Below are positions 19,570 to 28,471 of a stretch of DNA of 64,000 nucleotides, piece after piece. The stretch is taken from NCBI GenBank assembly GCA_039920665.1, contig JBDSDH010000042.1:2532-66531 (forward strand), given 5' to 3'. Origin of the DNA: Ilumatobacteraceae bacterium. Its GTDB lineage: Bacteria; Actinomycetota; Acidimicrobiia; Acidimicrobiales; Ilumatobacteraceae. How positions within the stretch are numbered: position 1 is the stretch's first letter; each line of letters starts with the position of its first letter. The notes under the pieces are model-generated. The model did not search any database. It was not told the origin of the DNA and saw only the letters and a list, made by a program, of their open reading frames with translations. Both the position numbers and the translations under genes were made by a program.

Positions 19570-20472
19570 TCAGTGACCCGTGAAGACTGCCGGGCGCTTC
19601 TCGAGGAACGCTCTGGCACCCTCGCGGTGATCGCTCGTCTCGAACAGTTCGCCCAGCGACTCCGAAACCCAGCGGCCGAGTTCGTGCCAGTCCGGATCGA
19701 GGGCCTCGCGCAAGCCGGCCTTCAACCGCTGCACAGCGAGCGGAGGGTTGGCCGCGATCCGGGCTGCGAGGGTCAGCGCCTGGGGCAACAGATCGTCGTG
19801 GCTGACGAGCCGTGACACCAACCCGATCCGCAGCGCTTCCGATGCATCGATCACGTCACGGGTGAACAACAGCTCAGCGGCCTGCTCGCGGCCGATGAGC
19901 CGGGCGAGCCGCCCAAGACCCGGCGCATCACTGATGAGGCCGCGCAGAACGAACAGCTCGCCGAACTTGGCTCGCTCGCTGGCGATCCGAATGTCGGCCA
20001 TGATCGCCAGTTCCATCCCCCACCCGACCGCTGCGCCGTTGACCGCTGCGATCACTGGAATGTCGGTATGCAGCAAGGCATCCGCCGCTGGTGTGAGCCG
20101 TGGCGTACGTGCGGTCGTGGACATCGTCGGGGCATTGCCCTGCTTGCCGGCGCCCATGACTTGGCGCACGTCATCGCCGCTGCAGAACGCCGGATCAGCC
20201 CCGGTGACCACGATGCACCGAACCCCCGCATCAGGCGCGCTGCGCACCGCATCCTCGAGCGCCGCATACATCCCGTGGGTCAGCGCGTTGCGAGCCTCCG
20301 GCCGATCGAGGGTGATCAAACGGACGTGATCGCCGACGAGTTCGACGCGAAGTTCGACAGCGGGTTCGACGGCGGATTCAACAGGCGGTGGTCCGGAATC
20401 TGCCGGTGGTGCGGAGTCGGTCACGACCCGACCGTAGCCCGGCGCCGGCGGTGCGCGATGGCCGTGCGTCAT
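19570..20472 (-). CDS. Enoyl-CoA hydratase/isomerase (crotonase) family
   Basis: LDRPEARNAL, VVTGADPAFCSGDD, AAVNGAAVGWG and FLEKRPAVF. The start (ATG 20472 versus GTG 20424) is uncertain. Confidence 0.85.
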   Translation of the reverse strand: MTHGHRAPPAPGYGRVVTDSAPPADSGPPPVESAVEPAVELRVELVGDHVRLITLDRPEARNALTHGMYAALEDAVRSAPDAGVRCIVVTGADPAFCSGDDVRQVMGAGKQGNAPTMSTTARTPRLTPAADALLHTDIPVIAAVNGAAVGWGMELAIMADIRIASERAKFGELFVLRGLISDAPGLGRLARLIGREQAAELLFTRDVIDASEALRIGLVSRLVSHDDLLPQALTLAARIAANPPLAVQRLKAGLREALDPDWHELGRWVSESLGELFETSDHREGARAFLEKRPAVFTGH

Positions 20473-20482
20473 CGGGATTGGG

Positions 20483-21050
20483 TCAGGGGCGCGGGTGGGC
20501 GAGCAGGAACGCAACGACCGCTGCCGTCGCGTCGTACCCGGCGTATCCGGGGCCGACCGATGGGGTGACCACTGGCGTGCCGCCCGGCCAGGGGTGATGA
20601 GCACCTTCGATCGTCACGAATTCCACGGCCGATCCATCGGCACAGGCACTGCTCGACTCGGTGGTGATGTCGCCGGCGGCCGATGTCATCGGCGCTGCGC
20701 ATCCATCGGCTGCGGCAAGCGCAGTCGCTGCATCGTGAGGCGGAGGGACGTCGATGCCGACCGTCGACTCCTGACCGACACCACCGGTGATCGGGATGTT
20801 GAGATCTGCCGTTCCATGGATCTGGATCACCGAGACCGGTCGGGGCATCGATGAACGCGACGTCGTCGACACCCTCACGCACGGCTCGAGCAAACGATCG
20901 CCGCGGGCGGGTGGTCACGAAACACCGGGCACCAGGTGCGCGGGGTGTTTGCTGCCCGGGCGGGCGGGCACGAGACATCCGGTACGTCCGCCGCAGCCGG
21001 CACGCTCGCGAAACTCGTGGGAACCGGCGGCGGGTGCGGCAACGTCCAAC
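20483..21050 (-). pseudogene. Decayed LpqC/PHB-depolymerase-family esterase remnant
   Basis: The C-terminal ~120 aa are intact in one frame (RPVSVIQIHGTADLNIPITGG...VEFVTIEGAHHPW...FLLAHPRP). The upstream GVDDVAFID motif lies in a different frame. The segment between them, which should carry the GxSxG nucleophile, is missing, and the N-terminal part survives only as fragments. Confidence 0.55.
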
Positions 21051-21054
21051 TCGT

Positions 21055-22842
21055 ATGTTCGTCGCTCCCACCGCACCTCGTTCCCGCCGTTTCGCTTTGG
21101 CCACGGCTGTGGTCATCGGCCTCTCGGCCTGTGGCTCATCGGCCGCAGTCACGTCACCGTCCACCGCCGGCACCACCGCCACGACCGGCAGCGCAGCACT
21201 CACCCCATCGGTGATCAAGTTCTCCGGCGCTGGCGCGGTCACCAACGCCGGGAGAGATTCGGCCGATACGGCGGTCTCGTCGGAATCATCGAAGATGATG
21301 GCGGCCGCGTTCTACAAGTTCGTGTACGGCGGCGATGCGATCGACCTCACCACGCCCGCAGCGTCGTGGTCGTTCGAGCCTGGAGCGACGCCGAGCCCTG
21401 ATCAAATCCTCCAGATTGCGAAGGCCCTCGGAATCGAGGGCGACGTCCGCGAACTGTCGCAGGACATGGGCGGAGGCTGGGCGGTCGGGTCCGACGACTA
21501 CTCGAAGCCGTCGCTCAACGTCGGCGCCGATGCAACGCTCGGCTGGTGGTACAACGCCGGCTATGACGACACCGTGGTCGCGCCGGTCTGTGTCGGAGTC
21601 GAGACCGCCGGTGACGACGCAGCCGCAACAACGGCGTCGGATTCAGTGTCCATTGACACCTCCAAAGCACCGGTCGAGGATCCCACCGGCACCGGGATCC
21701 AGTCGGTCGACACGATCGACCCGACGGTCGATGTTGCCCCGGTCACTTGTGACCAGGCGCCGCCGGTCAACGTGCCCACCACCGCCGAGGCCGAGGCCAA
21801 AGCGACCGACTTGCTGACGGCATTCGGGTTGGACTCCACCTCCTACGAATTCGAGACCCACGCCGACGAGTGGGGCGCAAGCGTCACGGCCTACCTGGTC
21901 CTCGACGGCTTGCGCACACCGATGTCGAACAGCTTCGGGTTCGGCGAGAACGGCGCGCTCACCTGGGCCGGCGGTTACCTGGCCACACCGATGCGCAGCG
22001 CCGACTATCCGCGAGTCGGCGTCGAGGCTGCGGTTGATCGACTCAACGAGCAGAACAACGGCTGGGGCTACGGCGGGTGGAGCGCAGACGGTGTCTCGCC
22101 AACCGTTCGCGCCGAGTCCGACACGGTCGAGCCCGCTCCGGAGCCCGTCACCGATGCCACGGTCGCGGTCGAAGACACCTCGGTCACCGAGGTCGATGTC
22201 GAACCAGCCAGCGAGCCCACGATCGCGATCGACAAGGACGTCGAGGCCGGTCCGGTCGAGACGATCACGCCACCGGAGTTCGGCGCCGAGACTTCGCCGG
22301 CAGTCGACGCGCCGTCGATCCAGGAGCCCGAGCCGATCGATCCGATCGAGATCGAGCCGACGACGGTCACCCTCGCCGATCCGCAGCCATCGTTGGAGAT
22401 GCTGTGGGCGTCGGACGGCACCGTCTGGCTGCTGCCGGGCTACCGCTTCGACGGCGGGGAGTACGGCATGTTCTCGGTGATCGCAATCGAGGATCAGTAC
22501 ATCGACATCGACGAAACGCCGATCGAAACGCCGATCGACGTGCCGGTCGAAACCGTTGTCGCTCCCCCGGTGGAGCCGGCCAATCCCGGCGTTGCAACCG
22601 ATTGCCCGGCCTTGTCCGTGCCGACCGGCAACACGGCCAGCCCGATCGAGAACGAGGACGGGGCCGAATGGATCGGGCTGTGCACCGACGATGCGGTTTC
22701 GGTCGCCGAGGGAATGGGCTACACCCTGCGGGTCGTGCGCCTCGATGGCGCTGATCTACCGGCGACGATGGACTACATCCCGACTCGATTCAACGTCGCC
22801 GTCGATCAGGGCATCGTCACCGCGATCATCTCGATCGGCTGA
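21055..22842 (+). CDS. Hypothetical secreted lipoprotein, highly acidic
   Basis: ATG at 21055, signal plus lipobox (FALATAVVIGLSACGSS), 595 aa, with Asp/Glu/Pro/Thr/Val-rich stretches. I recognise no domain. Confidence 0.65.
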   Translation: MFVAPTAPRSRRFALATAVVIGLSACGSSAAVTSPSTAGTTATTGSAALTPSVIKFSGAGAVTNAGRDSADTAVSSESSKMMAAAFYKFVYGGDAIDLTTPAASWSFEPGATPSPDQILQIAKALGIEGDVRELSQDMGGGWAVGSDDYSKPSLNVGADATLGWWYNAGYDDTVVAPVCVGVETAGDDAAATTASDSVSIDTSKAPVEDPTGTGIQSVDTIDPTVDVAPVTCDQAPPVNVPTTAEAEAKATDLLTAFGLDSTSYEFETHADEWGASVTAYLVLDGLRTPMSNSFGFGENGALTWAGGYLATPMRSADYPRVGVEAAVDRLNEQNNGWGYGGWSADGVSPTVRAESDTVEPAPEPVTDATVAVEDTSVTEVDVEPASEPTIAIDKDVEAGPVETITPPEFGAETSPAVDAPSIQEPEPIDPIEIEPTTVTLADPQPSLEMLWASDGTVWLLPGYRFDGGEYGMFSVIAIEDQYIDIDETPIETPIDVPVETVVAPPVEPANPGVATDCPALSVPTGNTASPIENEDGAEWIGLCTDDAVSVAEGMGYTLRVVRLDGADLPATMDYIPTRFNVAVDQGIVTAIISIG

Positions 22843-22855
22843 GGCCGCCACGCCA

Positions 22856-25033
22856 TCAGAGTGGGCTGAGGACCAGCGGTTTCTTCTCGGTCCAGGTCGA
22901 CAGCGTCTGGGTCAGAGCGACCCGGTCGCGTTCGCCTGGTTGCACGACGACAGTCGACCCTGCGCCACCGATCGAGATCCGGTTGTCGCCGGTGGACGAT
23001 TCTGGGGCGACGGTGACGCCGAGCGTCCGCAACTGCTTGGCAGCTCGGCCCTTTGCTCCTCCATCGGCGACCAGCGGCACATCGGCGTGCAGTGCAATGC
23101 GAGCAGCGAGTTCCATCGCCGCGAGATCGGCATTCGACCCGCCGGTGGGGGCGACAACGGCGTCGATGCCCTCGATGGGTCCTGACGGGATCAGCACATC
23201 CGATCCGGTGTGGCGGATTGCTGCCGACATCGCCGCATCAGCGGGGTCGAGCACGACCGCGCCCGGGGCGAGCCGAGCGACCTCGGCCACGGTGTCGGCG
23301 TCGCGGTCGTTGGACGCCCGGGACACCACCGACACCGTCAGCCCAGCGGCCTCGATGGTCTCGCGCAACGACTTCAACTCGCCGAGGTCGTCCGCGAATC
23401 CCGCGAGACCACCACTCGAATCGGTGAACCGCAACAGCGTGACCGACCCGGTCTTTCGACCGCCGCCATATGCAGCAGCAAGTTGCGCGAGCGCACCGGA
23501 TGTGGCGGGATCGCGAACGAGGACGACGACTCGGTCGGTGGCCGAACTGCTCCGAGCCCGATCGGCTTCGGCGATGTCACGGTTGAGCCAGCGGTCGGGA
23601 TAGACCAAGTTGAGCAGCGGTCCGGCCATCGTGGTGGTGACCACGGCCATGATGACCAACAGCGTGTACATCTTGTCGTCGATCACCCCCGCATCGCGGC
23701 CGATGGTGAGCACGACCAATTCGGTGAGACCTCGGGTGTTCATCAGTGCGCCGACGGCGAGCGACTGACGTTTCGGCACTCCCACCACCCGTGCAGCGAA
23801 CGCGCCACCCGCGAACTTGCCGAAACAGGCGACGGCGATGATCAGCAGAGCCGGCACGATGTCATCGGTCGTGAGTCCCTGCAGGTTCACACCTTGACCG
23901 GCGATCACGAAGAAGACCGGCAGCAGGAGTTGGATGCTGACACCTTCGATCCGGCCGGCGATCGCATGGAACAGGCCTGGCGCGTTCAAACGCGGCACGG
24001 CGACGCCGAACAGGAAGCCGCCGATCAGTTCGTGCACACCGATCCGGCTTGTGACGTATGACGATGCCATCAAGCCGACGAACAGGATCGTCATCTGCTC
24101 TGCAGCGAGCTTGTTGCCGTTCTGCCGGTACGGCCGCAGGACGAATCGTTCGAGTAGCGGCCTGACGACGATGAACAAGATCGCGACATACACCGCGAGT
24201 TCGCCGAGGATCACGAAGATCTGGCTCGCGCTGCCCTCACCTGCCAGCGCGGTCGCGAGCGCGAGCAGGGTGAACGCCATGATGTCGTCGATGGCTGCGC
24301 AGGCCACCATCAACAGCCCGAGCGGTATTCGGAACATGTTGCGCTCGGTGAGTATTCGGGCCAACACCGGGAATGCGGTGACACACATCGACACGGCGAT
24401 GAAGATTGCGAATGGAACGAAGTCGGAGTTCTTGCCGACGAGCGCCTTTGGCGGCTCCTTGTCGGCGGACGTCGCCTTCGTGATCTCGTCGTTGCGGACC
24501 TCGATCTTGTCGGCGACCTCGGGTGTCACGGTGCCGCATGGCGTGACCTGAACACCGATCTGTTGCTCGACCGCGACACAACTGTGATCGTCGTGCAGGT
24601 ACGTACCGAGCACCATGAAACCGAGCACGAACGGGACCGCGATGGACGTCAGCGAGATCGCAGCAGCCTTCTTGCCCGACTGACGGACGACATCGAGATC
24701 GACTTCCATCCCGACGATGAACATGAACAGCACCAGGCCGAGCGTCGCGACGAGTTTGAAGAACGGCAGGTCAATACTGCTGAAGAGGTACTCGCGAGCC
24801 TCCGGCCAGACGACGCCGAGCAAGCTCGGGCCGAGCGCGATGCCGACCAGAATTTCGCCGATCACGACCGGCTGACCGAGTTTGCGGAACAGGATTCCGA
24901 CCAGTCGTCCCAGGCCGAGGACCACGATCAGGCACAGCGCGAGCGCGAGATAGCGGTCCTCGGAGAAGTTCGACGCGACGATCACGATGGTGCCCCTGAC
25001 ATGCGGTTCGAACGATTGACGACGCACGACCAT
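22856..25033 (-). CDS. Cation:proton antiporter (CPA2 / Kef-type) with C-terminal soluble regulatory region
   Basis: About 12 TM helices with GEILVGIALGPS and AAIDDIMAF motifs. A ~280-aa C-terminal region resembles USP-like domains. Confidence 0.85.
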   Translation of the reverse strand: MVVRRQSFEPHVRGTIVIVASNFSEDRYLALALCLIVVLGLGRLVGILFRKLGQPVVIGEILVGIALGPSLLGVVWPEAREYLFSSIDLPFFKLVATLGLVLFMFIVGMEVDLDVVRQSGKKAAAISLTSIAVPFVLGFMVLGTYLHDDHSCVAVEQQIGVQVTPCGTVTPEVADKIEVRNDEITKATSADKEPPKALVGKNSDFVPFAIFIAVSMCVTAFPVLARILTERNMFRIPLGLLMVACAAIDDIMAFTLLALATALAGEGSASQIFVILGELAVYVAILFIVVRPLLERFVLRPYRQNGNKLAAEQMTILFVGLMASSYVTSRIGVHELIGGFLFGVAVPRLNAPGLFHAIAGRIEGVSIQLLLPVFFVIAGQGVNLQGLTTDDIVPALLIIAVACFGKFAGGAFAARVVGVPKRQSLAVGALMNTRGLTELVVLTIGRDAGVIDDKMYTLLVIMAVVTTTMAGPLLNLVYPDRWLNRDIAEADRARSSSATDRVVVLVRDPATSGALAQLAAAYGGGRKTGSVTLLRFTDSSGGLAGFADDLGELKSLRETIEAAGLTVSVVSRASNDRDADTVAEVARLAPGAVVLDPADAAMSAAIRHTGSDVLIPSGPIEGIDAVVAPTGGSNADLAAMELAARIALHADVPLVADGGAKGRAAKQLRTLGVTVAPESSTGDNRISIGGAGSTVVVQPGERDRVALTQTLSTWTEKKPLVLSPL

Positions 25034-25128
25034 AGCGCACGAGGTCTGGATTCATCTCGGCCCCGATGGTGACCGGATGCCGCTGTGACGCAGGCGTTAC
25101 CCGAGCGGACGATCAGCCTCGACTCGGG

Positions 25129-26133
25129 TCAGCGGCGGGCACCCATGAACATGCCCTTGAGTGCCTCGTAGTGTTCGATGCAGTGGCCGGCTCCGAGTAC
25201 GACGGCTTCGAGCGGCATCTGCGACATCCGCACAGGCACATGACACTCACGTTCGATCCGCTGAGCCAGGCCGCGCAACAATCCGCCGCCACCGACGAGA
25301 TACATACCACGCACGAGAAAGTCCTGGGCCAGTTCCGGTGGCGCCTTGGCGAGGCAGCGCACGACCGACGCGACGATGCTGGAGACGACATCGTCGATCG
25401 CGAAGCGGATCTCCTCCGGCGCCAGCAAGACAGTCTTGGGCAACCCGCTCATCAGATCGCGACCGCGCACCTCGGCTTCGTTCTCATCGCCGATCGGGTC
25501 AGCAGAGCCGATCGCAACCTTGATTTCCTCAGCCGTGCGTTCGCCGATCGCAATGCCGTGTTCACGGCGGACGTAGTTCTGGATCGCAGCGTCGATGTCG
25601 AAGCTGCCGACACGAACCGCTTCGAGTGCAACGACACCGCCGAGGCTGATCACCGCTGTCTCGCTGGTGCCGCCGCCGATGTCGATGACCATGTTGCCAA
25701 CCGGCTCGTCGATCGGCAGATCGGCACCGATGGCAGCGGCCATCGGCTGCTCGATCAACTGCGCATCGGCGGCACCTGCCCGACGGGCAGCGTCGGTGAC
25801 CGCCCGACGCTCGACCTCAGTGATCGCCGACGGCACGCAGATGACGACCTTGGGTCGGGTGAAGCGGCTGACGCCGACCCGCTGCAGCAGCAGCCGGATC
25901 ATCCGCTCGGTGATCTCGAAGTCGGTGATCGCTCCGCCGCGTAGTGGACGGACGGCGACGATGTACCCGGGCGTTCGCCCGATCATCTGCCACGCCTCAC
26001 GACCAGTCGCCAAGACCTCGCCCGTCTGCCGGTTGAGGGCGATGACCGAGGGTTCGTTGAGGACGATGCCTCGGCCCTTCATGTAGACGAGCGTGTTCGC
26101 CGTTCCGAGATCGATCGCGAGGTCGCGTGCCAC
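25129..26133 (-). CDS. mreB: Rod shape-determining protein MreB
   Basis: MARDLAIDLGTANTLVY, VICVPS..TEVERRAV, DIGGGTSE and LVGGGGLLRGL give a full-length match. Confidence 0.95.
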   Translation of the reverse strand: MARDLAIDLGTANTLVYMKGRGIVLNEPSVIALNRQTGEVLATGREAWQMIGRTPGYIVAVRPLRGGAITDFEITERMIRLLLQRVGVSRFTRPKVVICVPSAITEVERRAVTDAARRAGAADAQLIEQPMAAAIGADLPIDEPVGNMVIDIGGGTSETAVISLGGVVALEAVRVGSFDIDAAIQNYVRREHGIAIGERTAEEIKVAIGSADPIGDENEAEVRGRDLMSGLPKTVLLAPEEIRFAIDDVVSSIVASVVRCLAKAPPELAQDFLVRGMYLVGGGGLLRGLAQRIERECHVPVRMSQMPLEAVVLGAGHCIEHYEALKGMFMGARR

Positions 26134-26142
26134 GGTTGGTTC

Positions 26143-26337
26143 CTATTTCCCTTTGCCCGAATCGCGTGCGTTCTGCACCCGATCGATCACTTCGCGACGC
26201 GCCTCAGGAGAGAGCGCATCGATGTGCCGTCGAAACGATGCCACACCATCGACGGGTCGACGGCGACCACTGATCCGAATCGCGACCAACGCAGCCAACA
26301 ACAACAGAGCGACGATCACGATGATGAAGGTGGTCAT
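26143..26337 (-). CDS. Small (64 aa) single-TM protein
   Basis: MTTFIIVIVALLLLAALVAIRISGRRRP... Its ATG overlaps the moaE stop (ATGA), and its stop lies 9 nt before the mreB start. Confidence 0.5.
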   Translation of the reverse strand: MTTFIIVIVALLLLAALVAIRISGRRRPVDGVASFRRHIDALSPEARREVIDRVQNARDSGKGK

Positions 26338-26876
26338 CGAGCGTCCGCTCCGATCGGCGAAGCCTGAACACTGCTCGGCGCACGCGGGACATCGGCCGCG
26401 TCTGTGACGACGTGGGCGCCGGTTCCCCAATCGGAGCCACCGTCCCACACTTCGTGTTTCCAGATCGGAACGCTCGCCTTGAGCGCATCGATGCCATAGC
26501 GACCGGCTTCGAACGCCTCGGCTCGATGGGGCGACGACACGACGACGACAACCGTGCTCTCGCCGATCTCGATCCGACCAGTGCGGTGCAACATGGCAAC
26601 GGCACCGGTGGACGGCCAGCGGGTTCGGATCTCGTTGACGATGTCGGACATCTTGGCCACGGCCTGTTCGTCGTACGCCTCATAGGTCAGGTACTGGACG
26701 CCGTCGCGACCCTCGGCGTGATCGCGAACCGTGCCGGAGAAGAGCACCACCGCACCACAGCCGGGTCGAACAGCCCACTCGTATGCTGCCGCAACCGGAA
26801 GCTCGCCCGCGGCGATACCCAGCCACATGTCGCTGTCCGGTGGTGCAAGCATCGTGCGCATCGTAGCCGTGACCAC
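26334..26876 (-). CDS. moaE: Molybdopterin synthase catalytic subunit MoaE
   Basis: GAVVLFSGTVRDH, YEAYDEQA, VVVVVSSPHRAEAF and ALKASVPIWKHE. Confidence 0.9.
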   Translation of the reverse strand: MVTATMRTMLAPPDSDMWLGIAAGELPVAAAYEWAVRPGCGAVVLFSGTVRDHAEGRDGVQYLTYEAYDEQAVAKMSDIVNEIRTRWPSTGAVAMLHRTGRIEIGESTVVVVVSSPHRAEAFEAGRYGIDALKASVPIWKHEVWDGGSDWGTGAHVVTDAADVPRAPSSVQASPIGADAR

Positions 26877-26915
26877 CCGAATACGCCCACGACGGCGGCT
26901 CGCGCGGATACCACG

Positions 26916-28403
26916 ATGCGAAGGCGTCGATCAGGATGGACGCCGATTCGAATCGTTTCGGCCCGGCCGCGACCTCCACGCAGCGCTACGGATGACTACC
27001 ATCTCCCACTCGTGGAGCAGGGTGACTGGCAGAACGACGCGGACTACCCGCATGCTCCCCTGCCGGCGCACGAACGCACCTGGCGACACCCATCCGAGGT
27101 CGGCTCTGCCGACTGGGTGCAGTCCGAGCCGCCCCTGGTGGTAGGACGTGGCTTATCGGTCGCGACCGGCACTGTCGGGGCCGTGCTCGCCATTGGACTG
27201 CTCTGGCTGATCGTGCCGCACCCTGGCCGAGGGTCGGACGTGGCCCTCGAATCCAGCACCACGTCGGTGCGCACGGTTGCAATCGCCACGACCGCGTCCG
27301 CTGACACCGAGCCGATCACCGTCATCGATAGCCAGCCGTCGACTCGCGGCTCGGCGTTGAACCAGCCATTTGCCGCGACTGACTCGACCAATCCGGTCAT
27401 CATCCCGACCACCACCTCCGCATTGACGACCACACCGATGCCGACCATGGTGCTCGATGTCGATACGTCGGCGACGGAATCGATCCCGGCGATCGCCGTG
27501 GCGTTGATGCCCGGCCACTACGTCGTCACCACCGCGGCCGCCGTCCGCGGCCGTGAGGGCCTGGCGGTGTTGTTGCCGTCCGGCGTGACCGTCGTGGGCG
27601 CTGTGGTTTCGGTCGATGTCGCCCACGGCACGGCGGTGCTGTCGGTGGGCACGGACATCGACGACGCAATGATCGAGCCGAGCGATGCCGACATCGAATC
27701 GAGCACGTTCGTCGTGATGACCCCGCAGCCAACCACCGCCAGGATCTGGGTCGACCAGGACGGCACCCAGGTCGGCTACGAACGCGACGCCGCAACCCGC
27801 GCTGGCGAGGGCTCGGTCGTGCTCGACGACAGCGGCCGACTCGTCGGCCTGTGTACCAAGTCGACCAACGGCACCCGGTTGGTCACGGTCGCCGACCTGC
27901 TCGATGCGCTGGTGTCGGCATTCTCGATGGACACGCCGGCTTGGCTCGGCGTGGATTACGACGTCGACAGTGCCGGCAACGTGGTGGTCACCCGGGTCCT
28001 CTCCGACGGTCCCGGTCGGGCTGCCGGCATCCGCATCGGCGATGCGATCTCGGCGGTCGACGGAGTGCCGATCAGCGACCTCGAAACGCTGCGAGCGGCG
28101 CTCAATCGCCACGTCGCCGGCGACACGGTCATGCTCACGATCACCCCGGCTGCGAGTCAGCAGACTTCCACCACGTCGGCATCGAGCGATACGACGGTCG
28201 TGACACCCACCACCGTGGCGGCGTCGACTACATCGGAAGCGAATGGCACCGCCACGACCAGTAACACGACCAGTAACACGACCAGTAACACGAGCAGCGC
28301 CGCGACGACGACCAGCGTGACGGCGACGAGTGCGAGGACGACCGCGGCAGCGCCGTTGGTCGACGTCGCGGTCGTGCTCGCTCCCCCGCCCGGTACGTCC
28401 TGA
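26916..28403 (+). CDS. Membrane-anchored HtrA-like (apparently catalytically degenerate) PDZ-domain protein with Ser/Thr-rich tail
   Basis: ATG at 26916 and a TM helix (VGAVLAIGLLWLIV). The trypsin-like region lacks an obvious His/Ser triad (TTAAAV where TNAHV is expected, GEGSVVLDDSGRLVGL where GNSGGPL is expected). The PDZ domain reads VTRVLSDGPGRAAGIRIGDAISAVDGVPI. Confidence 0.7.
   Translation: MRRRRSGWTPIRIVSARPRPPRSATDDYHLPLVEQGDWQNDADYPHAPLPAHERTWRHPSEVGSADWVQSEPPLVVGRGLSVATGTVGAVLAIGLLWLIVPHPGRGSDVALESSTTSVRTVAIATTASADTEPITVIDSQPSTRGSALNQPFAATDSTNPVIIPTTTSALTTTPMPTMVLDVDTSATESIPAIAVALMPGHYVVTTAAAVRGREGLAVLLPSGVTVVGAVVSVDVAHGTAVLSVGTDIDDAMIEPSDADIESSTFVVMTPQPTTARIWVDQDGTQVGYERDAATRAGEGSVVLDDSGRLVGLCTKSTNGTRLVTVADLLDALVSAFSMDTPAWLGVDYDVDSAGNVVVTRVLSDGPGRAAGIRIGDAISAVDGVPISDLETLRAALNRHVAGDTVMLTITPAASQQTSTTSASSDTTVVTPTTVAASTTSEANGTATTSNTTSNTTSNTSSAATTTSVTATSARTTAAAPLVDVAVVLAPPPGTS
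28254..28289 (+). repeat. 12-bp tandem repeat x3 (acgaccagtaac) inside the PDZ-protein tail
   Basis: Three perfect copies read directly in the sequence. They encode TSNTTSNTTSNT. Confidence 0.9.
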
Positions 28404-28471
28404 TCACGAGGGGATCATCAGGGGACCTCGACTCCAGGCGAATGTGTGCGGACGAATGTGGGCGACGAGCG

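Noticed and set aside
25034-25128. A weak hairpin (acccgag ... ctcgggt) after the mreB stop, as a terminator.
   Set aside because: It has only a 7-bp stem, a ~15-nt loop and no U-tract, which is too weak to call.
26412-26915. Long N-terminal extensions offered by the ORF track. Examples: 26412 for the PDZ protein, 12130-13224, 12780-14330, 20851, 7443, 36380, 37722, 39682, 52116, 54186-55457 and 55689-56678.
   Set aside because: The extensions overlap neighbouring genes, are compositionally non-coding-like, and precede internal ATG/GTG starts. Those internal starts restore the normal N-termini of the families (signal peptides, Rossmann motifs, RBS spacing).
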